Notes under the pieces: model-generated
Seen by the model: the letters and a program-made list of their open reading frames with translations, nothing else
Told to the model about the DNA's origin: nothing
Databases searched by the model: none
IMG/VR virus record: IMGVR_UViG_2061766007_000563
DNA length: 55,963 nt
Direction: 5' to 3' (one strand)
Origin: an uncultured virus (IMG/VR IMGVR_UViG_2061766007_000563)
Taxonomy: Duplodnaviria > Heunggongvirae > Uroviricota > Caudoviricetes
Position numbers and translations under genes: made by a program
Part shown: piece after piece, positions 22,843 through 33,878 of the stretch
Position numbering within the stretch: position 1 is the stretch's first letter
How the letters are laid out: each line of letters begins with the position of its first letter

Positions 22843-23490
22843 TTATGCTTCGTTGCAGATGTATTGTTTTGCAGTCGGAATGCCGACACCGGATTTATAA
22901 AGTCTTTCGATAATGGCATCGAGTTCATCGTCTGCAAGTCCGGCAATACAATCAGCGCATTCGTGCTTGAGTATCGCTTCGAATTCAGCATAGGACATTT
23001 CTTCAGGAACATCAACATCAGGTTCCATTATGTCGAGGACCTGTTCAACATCTACTGTCTGTTCTGTCGCTTCTTTGAATGCGTCAATCGGTTTGTCATT
23101 ACCCCATACATATACGCCACGGCTAGGTTTTTCGATAAGACCTGCTTCGATGGACATATTGATAAGCTGACCCGCATATTTCGAAATTTTCTTCTTTAAT
23201 ACGAACATTTGCGGCGGCGTCAATTTCTTATACTTGAGGTATGTCTGTGCAAGAGAAGTCAAAAATCTAGCATCAGGCTGATTGAAACCTTCATAGTTTA
23301 CAAATCTTGTCTGTTTTGCAGATTTTTCAATGTCGCGTTGACGGTCATAAAGCTTCAAAAGAGCTTTGATAGCCTGGTCATCCCTTTCAAGTTGTTTTTT
23401 CATTTTTGCGATAAGCGTCGCCATGTTTGTAGCAGAAGCTTCATCGAGAACTGTTCTTTTAAAAAATTCTTTAAATGATTCTTTAAGCAT
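22843..23490 (-). CDS. Hypothetical protein (paralog of 23490-24137)
   Basis: LYDRQ..EK..T..N..GFNQPDA. Confidence 0.7.
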   Translation of the reverse strand: MLKESFKEFFKRTVLDEASATNMATLIAKMKKQLERDDQAIKALLKLYDRQRDIEKSAKQTRFVNYEGFNQPDARFLTSLAQTYLKYKKLTPPQMFVLKKKISKYAGQLINMSIEAGLIEKPSRGVYVWGNDKPIDAFKEATEQTVDVEQVLDIMEPDVDVPEEMSYAEFEAILKHECADCIAGLADDELDAIIERLYKSGVGIPTAKQYICNEA

Positions 23491-24137
23491 TAAAATTCCT
23501 CATTAATTTTGTCAGCGACATCCTGTGCAGAAATGACGCCAAGATGATAAAGTTCAGAAGCCAATGCCTTAGCGGCATCGAGGTCTTCGTCATCGATTAA
23601 GCCTGCGTCCTTTTCGGCGAGTTCGATACACTTGTTTACGAAATCTTCTTCGCTCTGTTTCGGATCGGGCAATACAGCTACCGGGTCTACGCCGACCTGT
23701 TCTGTAAATTCGTCTTCGTCGAATATATATGCTACTTGACCGCGAATCTTGGTCTCTTGGATATATCCGATTTCCTGAAGAACCCTAAGACACTGCGTAT
23801 TCTTATATGTCAAGAGAGTACGTTTTGCTTGTGCCATTTCCTTGGCTGTAAGCTTTGTACCGTCCATGATTTTTTCTGCATAATAAGAAAGCAGACCAGC
23901 GTCGGTCTGGTTAAATCCTCTAAAGTTCTTGTGAACAGTATAACGGCCCTGTTTTTCATCAGCTTCCTGTCGGCCATACATGCCCATCAAGAAAGCGATG
24001 ACAAATTTGTCGTTATTCAAGTATTCGACAATTTTTCTATTGACGTCAAATCTAGCGGTACGACCGGAATATACAGCTTCTTTTATGAATTCAAGACCGG
24101 CTTTGCTAGTTATAGCTTTCGCTTCTGATAATGTCAT
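23490..24137 (-). CDS. Hypothetical protein (paralog of 22843-23490)
   Basis: MYGRQ..EK..T..N..GFNQTDA; late promoter at 24157-24164. Confidence 0.7.
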   Translation of the reverse strand: MTLSEAKAITSKAGLEFIKEAVYSGRTARFDVNRKIVEYLNNDKFVIAFLMGMYGRQEADEKQGRYTVHKNFRGFNQTDAGLLSYYAEKIMDGTKLTAKEMAQAKRTLLTYKNTQCLRVLQEIGYIQETKIRGQVAYIFDEDEFTEQVGVDPVAVLPDPKQSEEDFVNKCIELAEKDAGLIDDEDLDAAKALASELYHLGVISAQDVADKINEEF

Positions 24138-24211
24138 AAATTTCCTCGTTTTATATTATTTATAACAAAAAACCCGGCTATTTGCCGGGTTTAAAACAAG
24201 ATTATCAGAAT

Positions 24212-24544
24212 TTAATTAATTATATAGCCAGAATTTTGTAATATTTCCAGTGCTTCACGAACAGTCGATTTTTCATAGTTTTTGAAAAACTGTTCAATAT
24301 CCTGTTTGTTTCTTAGAAAACGCCTATTAGGTAATGAACCGTCTTTTATTATGAGTTCGATCGCATGACCCCAGTTCTTGACGAACGCGATATCTGTATT
24401 ATTTTTCGCCAATGTCATGTTCGGCTTAAGGATGAAATTGAACTTGAGCGCACATTTCTTAAACACGTCGAGAAGCGGTTTTTCTTTTTCCGGGAATGTT
24501 AATTTTCCACCTACGAATTTTGGATTGCTAAAGTCAAATTTCAT
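24212..24544 (-). CDS. Hypothetical protein
   Basis: 110-aa ORF in a tight operon. Confidence 0.6.
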   Translation of the reverse strand: MKFDFSNPKFVGGKLTFPEKEKPLLDVFKKCALKFNFILKPNMTLAKNNTDIAFVKNWGHAIELIIKDGSLPNRRFLRNKQDIEQFFKNYEKSTVREALEILQNSGYIIN

Positions 24545-24547
24545 ATA

Positions 24548-25123
24548 TTATTTATACTTGCTAAGATATATGCTAAAGATAGCCGGTGTAAATAAGCCAT
24601 TATACTTTTCAAACTCATTAAACATCAGGAAGCGTCTAAATGTAATGCTGTGAGTATTTATAAATTCGTCAAGTGTCTTGGAATCATTAACGTAATTTTG
24701 TATATACGGAGCATATTCGGTTTCGAGCTTTGCAATCGCGTTATTGAATTCTATGAGATTTTCGGTAATCGACGCGGATTTATCTTCGTTCCAAATCGGT
24801 TTTCCCTGCTCGTCCCTGTCGATATACTTGTAAAGAATATCCATTTTCTTTGAGTTGAGCTCTGCAATCTTCTTACGCGTATCTTCGCTCCTGCATTTAT
24901 TGAGTTCGATATCTATCTTCCGCTTGGCACTACTGATCATTTCATAATTGTCGATGAAGAGCACATGATGGTATACCGTAAATTCAGGACTGTTACAATT
25001 TATCATTTTTGTAAGGAAATCAAACATGGCTTGGATTTCGCTATATGTAAACTGTACATCAGGCCTGTAGTCCATGATACGTCTATAGTTCGGAGAACTG
25101 TTTAAAAAATTATCAACATTCAT
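24548..25123 (-). CDS. Hypothetical protein
   Basis: 191-aa ORF overlapping the upstream stop. Confidence 0.65.
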   Translation of the reverse strand: MNVDNFLNSSPNYRRIMDYRPDVQFTYSEIQAMFDFLTKMINCNSPEFTVYHHVLFIDNYEMISSAKRKIDIELNKCRSEDTRKKIAELNSKKMDILYKYIDRDEQGKPIWNEDKSASITENLIEFNNAIAKLETEYAPYIQNYVNDSKTLDEFINTHSITFRRFLMFNEFEKYNGLFTPAIFSIYLSKYK

Positions 25124-26006
25124 CTTTTACCCATTTTAATTCTAGTCTTCCAGCGCATGGCGTAAATGTCATTTCGCTGAACTTGACTTCGTTATTTATA
25201 CTATATAAATCTACCCTGACGAACTTGAAACCTTTGCATAGGTGTTCTACATACGGAATCATTCGGTTCAATATTTCACGTTCCTTGTTAAACATCACCT
25301 TGAAGTTCAACGGCTTCGTACCGATATACCATTCTGGCGGGTTTCCATCCCTGTCATACCACGAAAGATATTGCATAAGGTTCTTCTTTAACTTTATGGC
25401 ACGGCAGATATTCACGATTTCGCCGTTTTCACACCAGAATTCCCAGTTGAGCAGTTCGCCGAGATCGGGCTGGATGACGATACCCGGCTTGATTGCCTCA
25501 TATTGCCATTCATAACCGCTTATGTACGCATAATTGAGGTTGCACCATTCATGGGTCTTCCTGATTAGGTATTCCGGATTGAACGAGTCCTCTTTCCTGA
25601 ACTTCATATTCCATCCGGAGCCATGGTTGCACCTTAGGATATAATTCTTGTTTTTTGATAGATGCCATTCGTAGTTATGCTCAGTAAGGTAGTTTCTGTC
25701 TACGAAATCCGGCTCGATTATAAGTTCGTCCAGTCCGTCAGCCCTGAGCATTTCTAGCGCAGTAATCTTGTCCGACCAGTCCTGCTTTATCGGTTCCCTG
25801 TCGTAGATTTTATAGTAGCCTATGCGGTCTACGATATTTTGTGGGTTATCGAGATTTATGCCCGGGACGTTCTTTTCCAGCCAATTTCTGGCGAATTGCA
25901 CCTTGTCGGCGCAAAAACGGCAAATATTATATTCTGTCTGATGTTGCCCGGCATAAAACTGGCGTTTATATTCTTCCAGCGGTAATGGTTTTTCAAATTC
26001 TATCAT
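25113..26006 (-). CDS. TupA-like ATP-grasp protein
   Basis: SDKI, CNHGSGWN, EWQY..IKP, FVRVDLY, FSEMTFTPCAG. Confidence 0.85.
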   Translation of the reverse strand: MIEFEKPLPLEEYKRQFYAGQHQTEYNICRFCADKVQFARNWLEKNVPGINLDNPQNIVDRIGYYKIYDREPIKQDWSDKITALEMLRADGLDELIIEPDFVDRNYLTEHNYEWHLSKNKNYILRCNHGSGWNMKFRKEDSFNPEYLIRKTHEWCNLNYAYISGYEWQYEAIKPGIVIQPDLGELLNWEFWCENGEIVNICRAIKLKKNLMQYLSWYDRDGNPPEWYIGTKPLNFKVMFNKEREILNRMIPYVEHLCKGFKFVRVDLYSINNEVKFSEMTFTPCAGRLELKWVKDEC

Positions 26007-26113
26007 ATCTCTTAAAATATAGTAAAATTCGACTGAAATGTAAATAATTTATAAAAATTTCGGATATTCGGGGTTGGTAGCCAGTTATAAATAAATGTAG
26101 AGGAATTTAAAAG

Positions 26114-29068
26114 ATGTTACAGAAGAATCATCATATTATTGCGATAGATCAGGTATCAGCAAAAGCACCTTTTAAAGGGAACGGTAGACCGGATAATCCA
26201 CTAGAACTTGAATTAAAGACAGATAGTACGTTATCTGGTAATGGCACTATTGGAAATGAACTAGGCGTTAAGAACGGTTTATATTTACCTACTGAAATTT
26301 TTAAGTCATATAGCGGCGACCCGGTAATGTATATCAGTGGCTCTGGTAATATTGAAGCCACATCTGCTCGTGATAACGATAATAAGCTGTTTTATCAATT
26401 ACATGTCCAGGCTGCGCCGTCTGCCACTCCAGTTATTATTCAGGGACAAAGAGGCATAAGTGCTATCGAAGACCCGAAAGATTCCGGTAAATGGTTTGTC
26501 GGTCTGGAAAATGAATATTATACAAAGCACTGGGTTACTTCTGCTGACGCCAGTTTAGCCGGCAAGTCTCTTGTTTTGAAGGACAATCAATGGGTTCCGG
26601 CGGACGAAGCCAATGGTGATATCATTACGACGAACACGTTTAATACTTATAGCTCGTTCGTAAACAATAATTTTGTAACAAATAGCTCATTCAGTTCATA
26701 CAGCAGCTATGTAGATAACAGCATTTATAACTTGACGAATATCGCAAGCTCTTATTCGTCATATAGTTCATTTTATTACGATACCTATAATACGGTAAAT
26801 ATCTACTCGGGCTACTGGAATAACGTATATAGCTCGGTAAGTAGCTATTCTAGCTATTGGAATAACGTTTATAGTTCTGTATATGAATATTCTAGCTATT
26901 GGAACAACCATTCCGCATTATCCGCTACAAAGCTTGACAAGGCTGATTCCGGATTATTCATGCAGGTAGCGAAATTACAGGGAACGCCTGACGAGAAACT
27001 TTCTGGCTATGGCGGTTCTGCATTCTATGCTCCTGACATTCCTGAATATTCTGGCAAGGACGGAATCAAGGTCGACGGCTACTGGATCGGTATTTCTGCC
27101 GATTACTTGTCTGCAAGCGAGAATTTCCTTTCTGCAAATGCCTTAGATAATTTAAGCGGTAACTGGGATAGTGTATACGATACCGTAAATGATGCATCTG
27201 CTCGATGGGATGCACATTCTGCACTGTCTGCTGAAGTCGAGAAGAAATTGGATGCGTCTGAATCCGCCAAGTTTATGAAAGTAGCCGGACTGGAATACAA
27301 TGAAGACAAGATTTCCGGATATGCGGGTTCTGCGTTCTATGTTCCGACGGTCCATGACTATAAGGGCGGCAACGGCATTGAAATAACTGACGAATATATT
27401 ATAAACATTAGCGCAGATTATTTGTCTGCCAATGCATTGGATAATTTGAGCGGTAACTGGAATAGCGTTTACGACACAGTTGAAACGTATTCGGCTAGTT
27501 GGAATGAAGCTTCCGCATTTAGCGCAAATTCCGGAAAGTTCGTTACTTCTGGTGGCATGACGTTTGCTGAAAATTTGGCATATGTTTTGGCTAAGCAAGA
27601 TAATAGCGTTGTTTGGTCTGGTTTGGATGTTTCTGAACTCGGAAAGAAATATATTGTAACATCTACTAATGAGACAATATATGTCGGTTCGGCGATAGAC
27701 GGTAATACGATTACATATAATTTGAGCGCTAATATTCCTGAGATTCCTGGAATTAGCGGCGAAAACGGTTTAAGCGGCTATTTTGACGCAGAAGCAAACA
27801 AATATGTAGTTGGTGTTGACGAACGCGGTTTGACATATTATAAAGGCAATGTAGGTATTAATGCAGATGATACATTGACTAACGACATTCTTCCATTTGA
27901 TACAAATGGTGGACAGGCTGAAAATATAACCGTTGAAAATGGCGTATTTACATTGCCATCCAATGTTGCTAAAGTAACATTCTCAATAAATGAAATCGTT
28001 GAGAATAATATTACATATACAGACAATAATGCAAATCATGTTTTTAACTTAAATAGAATTGCTTTATATTGCGATAATAGTGAAGTAATTTCTACGCAAG
28101 AATATTACCACAATGAACTCGGTTTAAGCGAGCTTTCATTGACATATACTATAGATAATAGCACTCAAGGTTCCAATATTTATTCTATCAGATATGAAGG
28201 TATGCCGTTAACCGGTAACGGAACATTGACATGTAAGTTGTCGATTATTGAAGAAGTTCTATCACTTAGTCAAGGCAGTGGATCAACCGGTATTGAATAT
28301 TATGATAAAGCCAATAATTTAGTTCATGTTGACAATACGAATCGTGAAATTTATATGGATGATTTAAGCGGCGTATCACCAATTTATGTCGATAATAAGA
28401 AGAATATTGGCTTAAATTACGATGAACTGCAGTTTAACTTAAGCGGTGGCAAATTACAAATTGATATTCATACCAGTGGCGGTAATATTGACCAGGAAGC
28501 ATTTGAAAAACTTGCTAATATAATTTATGGCCGTATGACTGAAACTATCCCATTTGGTGCTTTGAATAATGAAGCATCTATTGTTGGCGGTATGCAATAT
28601 TCATATTTGTTTAGACCGCCTATGGAATATGATTTGACTTCTGCAACGCAAGCATATATGTTTGGTGGTAATCCAGATGGAAGTATAGCTGTAGCAGTTT
28701 ATGAAGGCGTAGCAACTAATGCTAAACTCTTGTGGCAATCAAATTATACGCAAGTTCATAATGGTGAAGTTGTCATGAATTATAAACCTGGTGCTCCTAC
28801 AGGAACTATAACACCAAATCATTTATACTATGTAAGTATTCGCTTTAGCAAGCAAGAAGGAACAACACAAGGCGGTTCTTGGGAAAATGTGTTAGGATTA
28901 CGAATGGGACAATCATATGGTGCTGATGTAGGTAATCCTAAACCTTGGCTTGGATTAAATAATATTAGTACATTAAATTTCCCAAATCCACAATCATTCA
29001 CTCAAGGCTCTATGAGTATGTTTGGTGGCCATAAACCGTATGTTGGTTTTAGAACAAGAGGCGAATAA
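26114..29068 (+). CDS. Putative tail fibre protein
   Basis: TDSTLSGNGT motif, Ser/Tyr-rich coiled repeats, internal duplication; late promoter and GAGG RBS. Confidence 0.6.
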   Translation: MLQKNHHIIAIDQVSAKAPFKGNGRPDNPLELELKTDSTLSGNGTIGNELGVKNGLYLPTEIFKSYSGDPVMYISGSGNIEATSARDNDNKLFYQLHVQAAPSATPVIIQGQRGISAIEDPKDSGKWFVGLENEYYTKHWVTSADASLAGKSLVLKDNQWVPADEANGDIITTNTFNTYSSFVNNNFVTNSSFSSYSSYVDNSIYNLTNIASSYSSYSSFYYDTYNTVNIYSGYWNNVYSSVSSYSSYWNNVYSSVYEYSSYWNNHSALSATKLDKADSGLFMQVAKLQGTPDEKLSGYGGSAFYAPDIPEYSGKDGIKVDGYWIGISADYLSASENFLSANALDNLSGNWDSVYDTVNDASARWDAHSALSAEVEKKLDASESAKFMKVAGLEYNEDKISGYAGSAFYVPTVHDYKGGNGIEITDEYIINISADYLSANALDNLSGNWNSVYDTVETYSASWNEASAFSANSGKFVTSGGMTFAENLAYVLAKQDNSVVWSGLDVSELGKKYIVTSTNETIYVGSAIDGNTITYNLSANIPEIPGISGENGLSGYFDAEANKYVVGVDERGLTYYKGNVGINADDTLTNDILPFDTNGGQAENITVENGVFTLPSNVAKVTFSINEIVENNITYTDNNANHVFNLNRIALYCDNSEVISTQEYYHNELGLSELSLTYTIDNSTQGSNIYSIRYEGMPLTGNGTLTCKLSIIEEVLSLSQGSGSTGIEYYDKANNLVHVDNTNREIYMDDLSGVSPIYVDNKKNIGLNYDELQFNLSGGKLQIDIHTSGGNIDQEAFEKLANIIYGRMTETIPFGALNNEASIVGGMQYSYLFRPPMEYDLTSATQAYMFGGNPDGSIAVAVYEGVATNAKLLWQSNYTQVHNGEVVMNYKPGAPTGTITPNHLYYVSIRFSKQEGTTQGGSWENVLGLRMGQSYGADVGNPKPWLGLNNISTLNFPNPQSFTQGSMSMFGGHKPYVGFRTRGE

Positions 29069-29079
29069 TAAGGAGTTAT

Positions 29080-29436
29080 ATGTTAATTAGTTATAATAGA
29101 ACGAAAATCGCACAAAATTATCAAGAGTTTTATTTTTCAGCATATAATGAATTATATCAATATGCACAAAATAAACAAGGTCTTGATTGGAATTACATTA
29201 TTGCTCCATATCTTGATAGGGATTTACATGAAAAACTTTTGTCGGTGACTCAGCAAGAAATGGCACCTATTATTGAAACAGTTACCATGATTTTATCTTT
29301 AATTCGTAGTGGATATTTTTATACAGCTACAGTAATACTAAATAAATTGGATGTTTCAAAAAGTTCAAAATTAACTGAAATCAAAACCTGGTTAATGAAA
29401 TCACTAATAGAAGCAGATGATACAGAAGAGGTTTAA
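29080..29436 (+). CDS. Hypothetical protein, possible fibre chaperone
   Basis: Follows a fibre gene; similar to the C-terminal half of 33012-33659. Confidence 0.55.
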   Translation: MLISYNRTKIAQNYQEFYFSAYNELYQYAQNKQGLDWNYIIAPYLDRDLHEKLLSVTQQEMAPIIETVTMILSLIRSGYFYTATVILNKLDVSKSSKLTEIKTWLMKSLIEADDTEEV

Positions 29437-29439
29437 TAA

Positions 29440-31801
29440 ATGGCAGAATTAACACAAAATAATAATAGTATTACTACTGGCGATTTTAGTTTCAGCGGCG
29501 CCGTTGTTACAGCTATCTGTGGTAAGCCTTTAGGTGGCACTGGTGGTACAATAATTGGTCAAACTTATAATGCTGATAATATAGATATTGAATTGCGCAC
29601 AGGTAATATTTTTGGTCTTACACCTGGGTTTAAAAATTCTATACCATCTAAAGTAACTGATTTAACAGATAGTTCTAGTTATGCCACTACAGCGTTATTA
29701 GATAGTGTTAGTAGTGAATTAAAAGATACTTTGTCAGATTATTATACAAAAACGCAGGCAGATACTATATTTGCTTCTGCATCGCAATTAAATAGTTATC
29801 TAACAACCGCACAGTATGAAACAGACAGTGCCACTTTCTTAACTCAGGAAGATATTTCCGATCTTGCAACAAAAAATGAATTAGTAACAGTTAGCGGTGA
29901 AATTGAATCTTGGGTAACTGAACAAGGCTATTTAAAAACAGTACCAGATACATATTATACAAAGACTGAGACTTCTGGTAAAGATGAATTGTCTGCTGCA
30001 TTTGATGCAATATTAGAATATAATGTAACTGCTGCCGCAGGTATTAAAGTTACAACAGCTACTGATGTTGGTGTTAAGACATTTGGTATTTCTATGACAG
30101 CTGAGCCTGTTGTTACTGATACAACACTTAGCGGTTATAATGGAATTGCTGCGGCATTAGATGGTAATATTTCTGGTCAATGGAATGTTGGTTTGACTCA
30201 GGATATGCTAGCTACCATAAACGGTAAAGCAAATAAAACAGATTTAAATGATTATTTGACTACTGCACAGTATCAAATTGACAGCGCAACATTTGTAACA
30301 AGCGCAGATATAACTGGCGATGATAAGTTTGTAATGACCAGTGCAGGTTGGGCTGTATTAGACGAAGGTCAGGTATTGACACCAGGTAGTGGTATTAGTA
30401 TAGTAGATGATACAATTAATGCTAAAATCGGGACAGATTTGACATTTGATGATGTAACATCGGCAATTAAAATTGATACTAANNNNNNNNNNNNNNNNNN
30501 NNNNNNNNNNNNNNNNNNNNNNNNNNNNNNNNNNNNNNNNNNNNNNNNNNNNNNNNNNNNNNNNNNNNNNNNNNNNNNNNNNNNNNNNNNNNNNNNNNNN
30601 NNNNNNNNNNNNNNNNNNNNNNNNNNNNNNNNNNNNNNNNNNNNNNNNNNNNNNNNNNNNNNNNNNNNNNNNNNNNNNNNNNNNNNNNNNNNNNNNNNNN
30701 NNNNNNNNNNNNNNNNNNNNNNNNNNNNNNNNNNNNNNNNNNNNNNNNNNNNNNNNNNNNNNNNNNNNNNNNNNNNNNNNNNNNNNNNNNNNNNNNNNNN
30801 NNNNNNNNNNNNNNNNNNNNNNNNNNNNNNNNNNNNNNNNNNNNNNNNNNNNNNNNNNNNNNNNNNNNNNNNNNNNNNNNNNNNNNNNNNNNNNNNNNNN
30901 NNNNNNNNNNNNNNNTGCTTTGATCCTTTATCGTGATGGTTCATTGAGCGCCGCTGGTAAGATTTCTGCTGCGGGTATTGAATTAGGCGCTGAACCTGAC
31001 CTTAGCGATTATGTACCATATAGTGCATTAAATTTGCCGATAGGTTCTAATAATACGGCTACAAATAATGCTATTGCTATTGGTAGTAATAATACTGCTA
31101 ATGATCTTGGTTTTGCGGTTGGACAGAGTAATACAGCATTAAACCGCTCATTAGCATTTGGTGTAAATAACTATGCTAATGATATATCATTAGCAATTGG
31201 TTACGGTAACTATGCTAGCGGCAATAATAATAACAATCAAAGTGCAGTAAATATAGCCATTGGTTATGGTAATAGCGCTGCTGAACATGCTGCTGCATTT
31301 ATTAATGTTTGTACTGCACAAAATTATGCTTTTGCTGCTGGACATGGTAACTTAGCTATTGATAATTCTGTTGCTTTTGGTAGAGATAATACTGCAAATT
31401 TCTATTCATTTGACTTCGGTCATACTAATAATGTAAAATACTATTCTTATGCCTTTGGTAGAGGATTACATTATGAAGGTCAATGGGCTAATGGCCCACA
31501 ATATGGTGCGTTTGTAATTGGCGGCTGGAACGCAACAACTTCGTATGCTACTACGGCGGATGCTCCATTGTTTATAATTGGTAACGGTTCAAACGGAAAT
31601 CCGAGTGACGGTTTCGTTGTATATCGTAATGGTAATGTTAGTGCTAAACAATTTCAAAATGCTGACGGCACAGAATCAATAAACGGAACTACATATAATT
31701 TCACTGGCGTAGATAACATAGAAATTTTACCATTAGCAGCTACTGCTAACACAGCTAATTTCCCTAACGATAATGTATTAAGGTTTATATTGGAAAGTTA
31801 A
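29440..31801 (+). CDS. Tail fibre-like protein with YadA-head-like repeats (N gap inside)
   Basis: YYTKxE shaft repeats; AIGxxNxA 13-residue repeats; LFIIGNG..DGFVVYRNG module. Confidence 0.65.
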
Positions 31802-31804
31802 TAG

Positions 31805-33010
31805 ATGAGTGCTTTATTTGGAAACAAAAATATTAAAGACATATTCTTTGGTAACAAAGCTGTTACTGCGATTTATCGTGGTTCTACTTTAGTATGGCAG
31901 AAGATAATTAAATTACTTGAATGGGGCTATGGCGGCGGTCTTAATAATTGCTATGAAATTATACCAACTCAAGATATTGTATTAAGTGATTTGTCCGTAT
32001 TTTGCCAATATCCTGGTGATTCACAAACAACATGTAGTCTAAGAATAATAAATGAATGCGGTCTACTTATTGCTAAATCAAGCCAATATGGCGTAGCAGC
32101 AGCATCTGATTTATACAATTTGACTAATGGATATATGAATACCATTTCTTCTTTAGGAACTATTACTTTATTTAAAGATAACAAATACTATATCAATATT
32201 AAGAAAAATAATGGTCAATTAAATTTTGCTAAGTATCAAGGTGAGAGCGGAAACTACAAATCATATTCAAACATTAGCCAGATGCCAGTCGTATCGGGTG
32301 CAGGTGAAAGAAAATGCTATGGCGTGTGCTCATCATTCGATGACATCAAGAATATAGACGTTGGTTATTTTGAATGGATAGGCGGTTCTATGGGAGATGG
32401 TATGCAGCCTATGCAAGGATCAAGCAGTGAACCATATCCGTATCTATTAAAACGAAATATGAGCCGAGTTAGACATATATTCACAGACGCGGAATTTAAT
32501 AATGTGCCTGTTGGTCAATACAATGACGATATTGCACGATATGCTTACATTTATTACTGCATGGGGAATACTATCGGCGATGAATTCATAATGCTAACGA
32601 ACTATTGGACTCAGGGGTTCATGGCCGATCCAAATAGCCAAACACGATATTTCAATAATAATCGACACAAGATATGTACCACTAAATGGCCATTTGATCA
32701 TAACAAGATTACATCCATGACACCAGTCGATGATGAGCCTCAGAGCCCATCACAATGGGATATTTATTATAAATCTGACGCGAATGCATGGACAGGTAGT
32801 GTAGGTAAAAAAAGAGCTGTAGTTACATGGAATGGAACAGAATGGATAGCTGCTGTCGAATGGAGTACTGAATGGACAGTTGACTCACAATATGACGCAA
32901 GCAACTACTGTGAAATAGCTACACAAGACTATACAGCTCGTGAGTTTATGAAAGCTTCGCTTCAGACTGGTTCTAAGTGGTATTTTAAGGCTAACAACAT
33001 AGAGGTTTAA
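31805..33010 (+). CDS. Putative tail-associated protein
   Basis: N-terminal FGNKNIKDIFFGNKAVTAIYRGSTLVW motif typical of phage fibre-attachment segments. Confidence 0.55.
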   Translation: MSALFGNKNIKDIFFGNKAVTAIYRGSTLVWQKIIKLLEWGYGGGLNNCYEIIPTQDIVLSDLSVFCQYPGDSQTTCSLRIINECGLLIAKSSQYGVAAASDLYNLTNGYMNTISSLGTITLFKDNKYYINIKKNNGQLNFAKYQGESGNYKSYSNISQMPVVSGAGERKCYGVCSSFDDIKNIDVGYFEWIGGSMGDGMQPMQGSSSEPYPYLLKRNMSRVRHIFTDAEFNNVPVGQYNDDIARYAYIYYCMGNTIGDEFIMLTNYWTQGFMADPNSQTRYFNNNRHKICTTKWPFDHNKITSMTPVDDEPQSPSQWDIYYKSDANAWTGSVGKKRAVVTWNGTEWIAAVEWSTEWTVDSQYDASNYCEIATQDYTAREFMKASLQTGSKWYFKANNIEV

Positions 33011-33011
33011 C

Positions 33012-33659
33012 ATGTTATATGCAATTGGAAAAGAAGATGATAAGATTTATTTTAGATGTTCAAATAAACAAAATTTAGACATCATGCTTAAAAATGCGGG
33101 TAAAGATATTAAAGATTATTTAATCTTACAGGAGTTTGATATGAGATATATTTCACGAATTACTTATATAGATGGTAATTGTGTATATAATAATAAAGAA
33201 TACTGGATTAAAATAGCCATTGAAAATCCACTAACGTTAGAAAATTATTCTGAACACGAAGTTCTTGATTTTCTTGGAAATCCAGTTACTTATGACCGTT
33301 ATATTGATGAACTAAATAATAACGTAAATCGTCTCGCTGTATTAGATGGTCTGGCCGGTGAAGTTGAATACAATATAACGGTTGGTAATGAGTTCATTTC
33401 ATTATTCCGTGAAGAATGCGTAAAGACTGATTTCAAAGGAATTACGCCACTTGAAATCGGTATGAAATTGACACCTGTTATTTCGCTAGTTCAAACGGGT
33501 TCATTTAGAGAAGCCAAACAAGTTCTCCAGTCAATGGAACCAGACCCGTTCTTGACTGAAGAACGTATGGAAAAATACATTGCCATGATGGATGCGGCTG
33601 ACGCTATTGAATATGCGACAAAAGAGGATTTCTATTATACGGCAAGCAATAATACATAA
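33012..33659 (+). CDS. Hypothetical protein, possible fibre chaperone
   Basis: 215-aa ORF; paralogous segment to 29080-29436. Confidence 0.55.
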   Translation: MLYAIGKEDDKIYFRCSNKQNLDIMLKNAGKDIKDYLILQEFDMRYISRITYIDGNCVYNNKEYWIKIAIENPLTLENYSEHEVLDFLGNPVTYDRYIDELNNNVNRLAVLDGLAGEVEYNITVGNEFISLFREECVKTDFKGITPLEIGMKLTPVISLVQTGSFREAKQVLQSMEPDPFLTEERMEKYIAMMDAADAIEYATKEDFYYTASNNT

Positions 33660-33843
33660 ATAGAAATATGATTGTATTATTGACACCTTCTCAATTCGGT
33701 AGTTGCTGTTTGTTGGGTTTTATTATTATAGTCACTATGCTTTTAGGCTGGGGCGGAATAGAATTCCTTAAATGGCTGCTTAATAAATGGAATATGTAAA
33801 AAGGTAAGCATTTATTGTTTACCTTTAATTGGTTTTGACCATT

Positions 33844-33869
33844 ACCTCTTGTTATAAATAATAAGAGGT
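33844..33869 (+). promoter_or_regulatory. Late promoter embedded in an RBS-sequestering hairpin
   Basis: ACCTCTTGTTA-TAAA-TAATAAGAGGT; TATAAATA at 33853-33860; GAGG RBS in the 3' arm. Confidence 0.65.
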
Positions 33870-33878
33870 TTTTATAAT

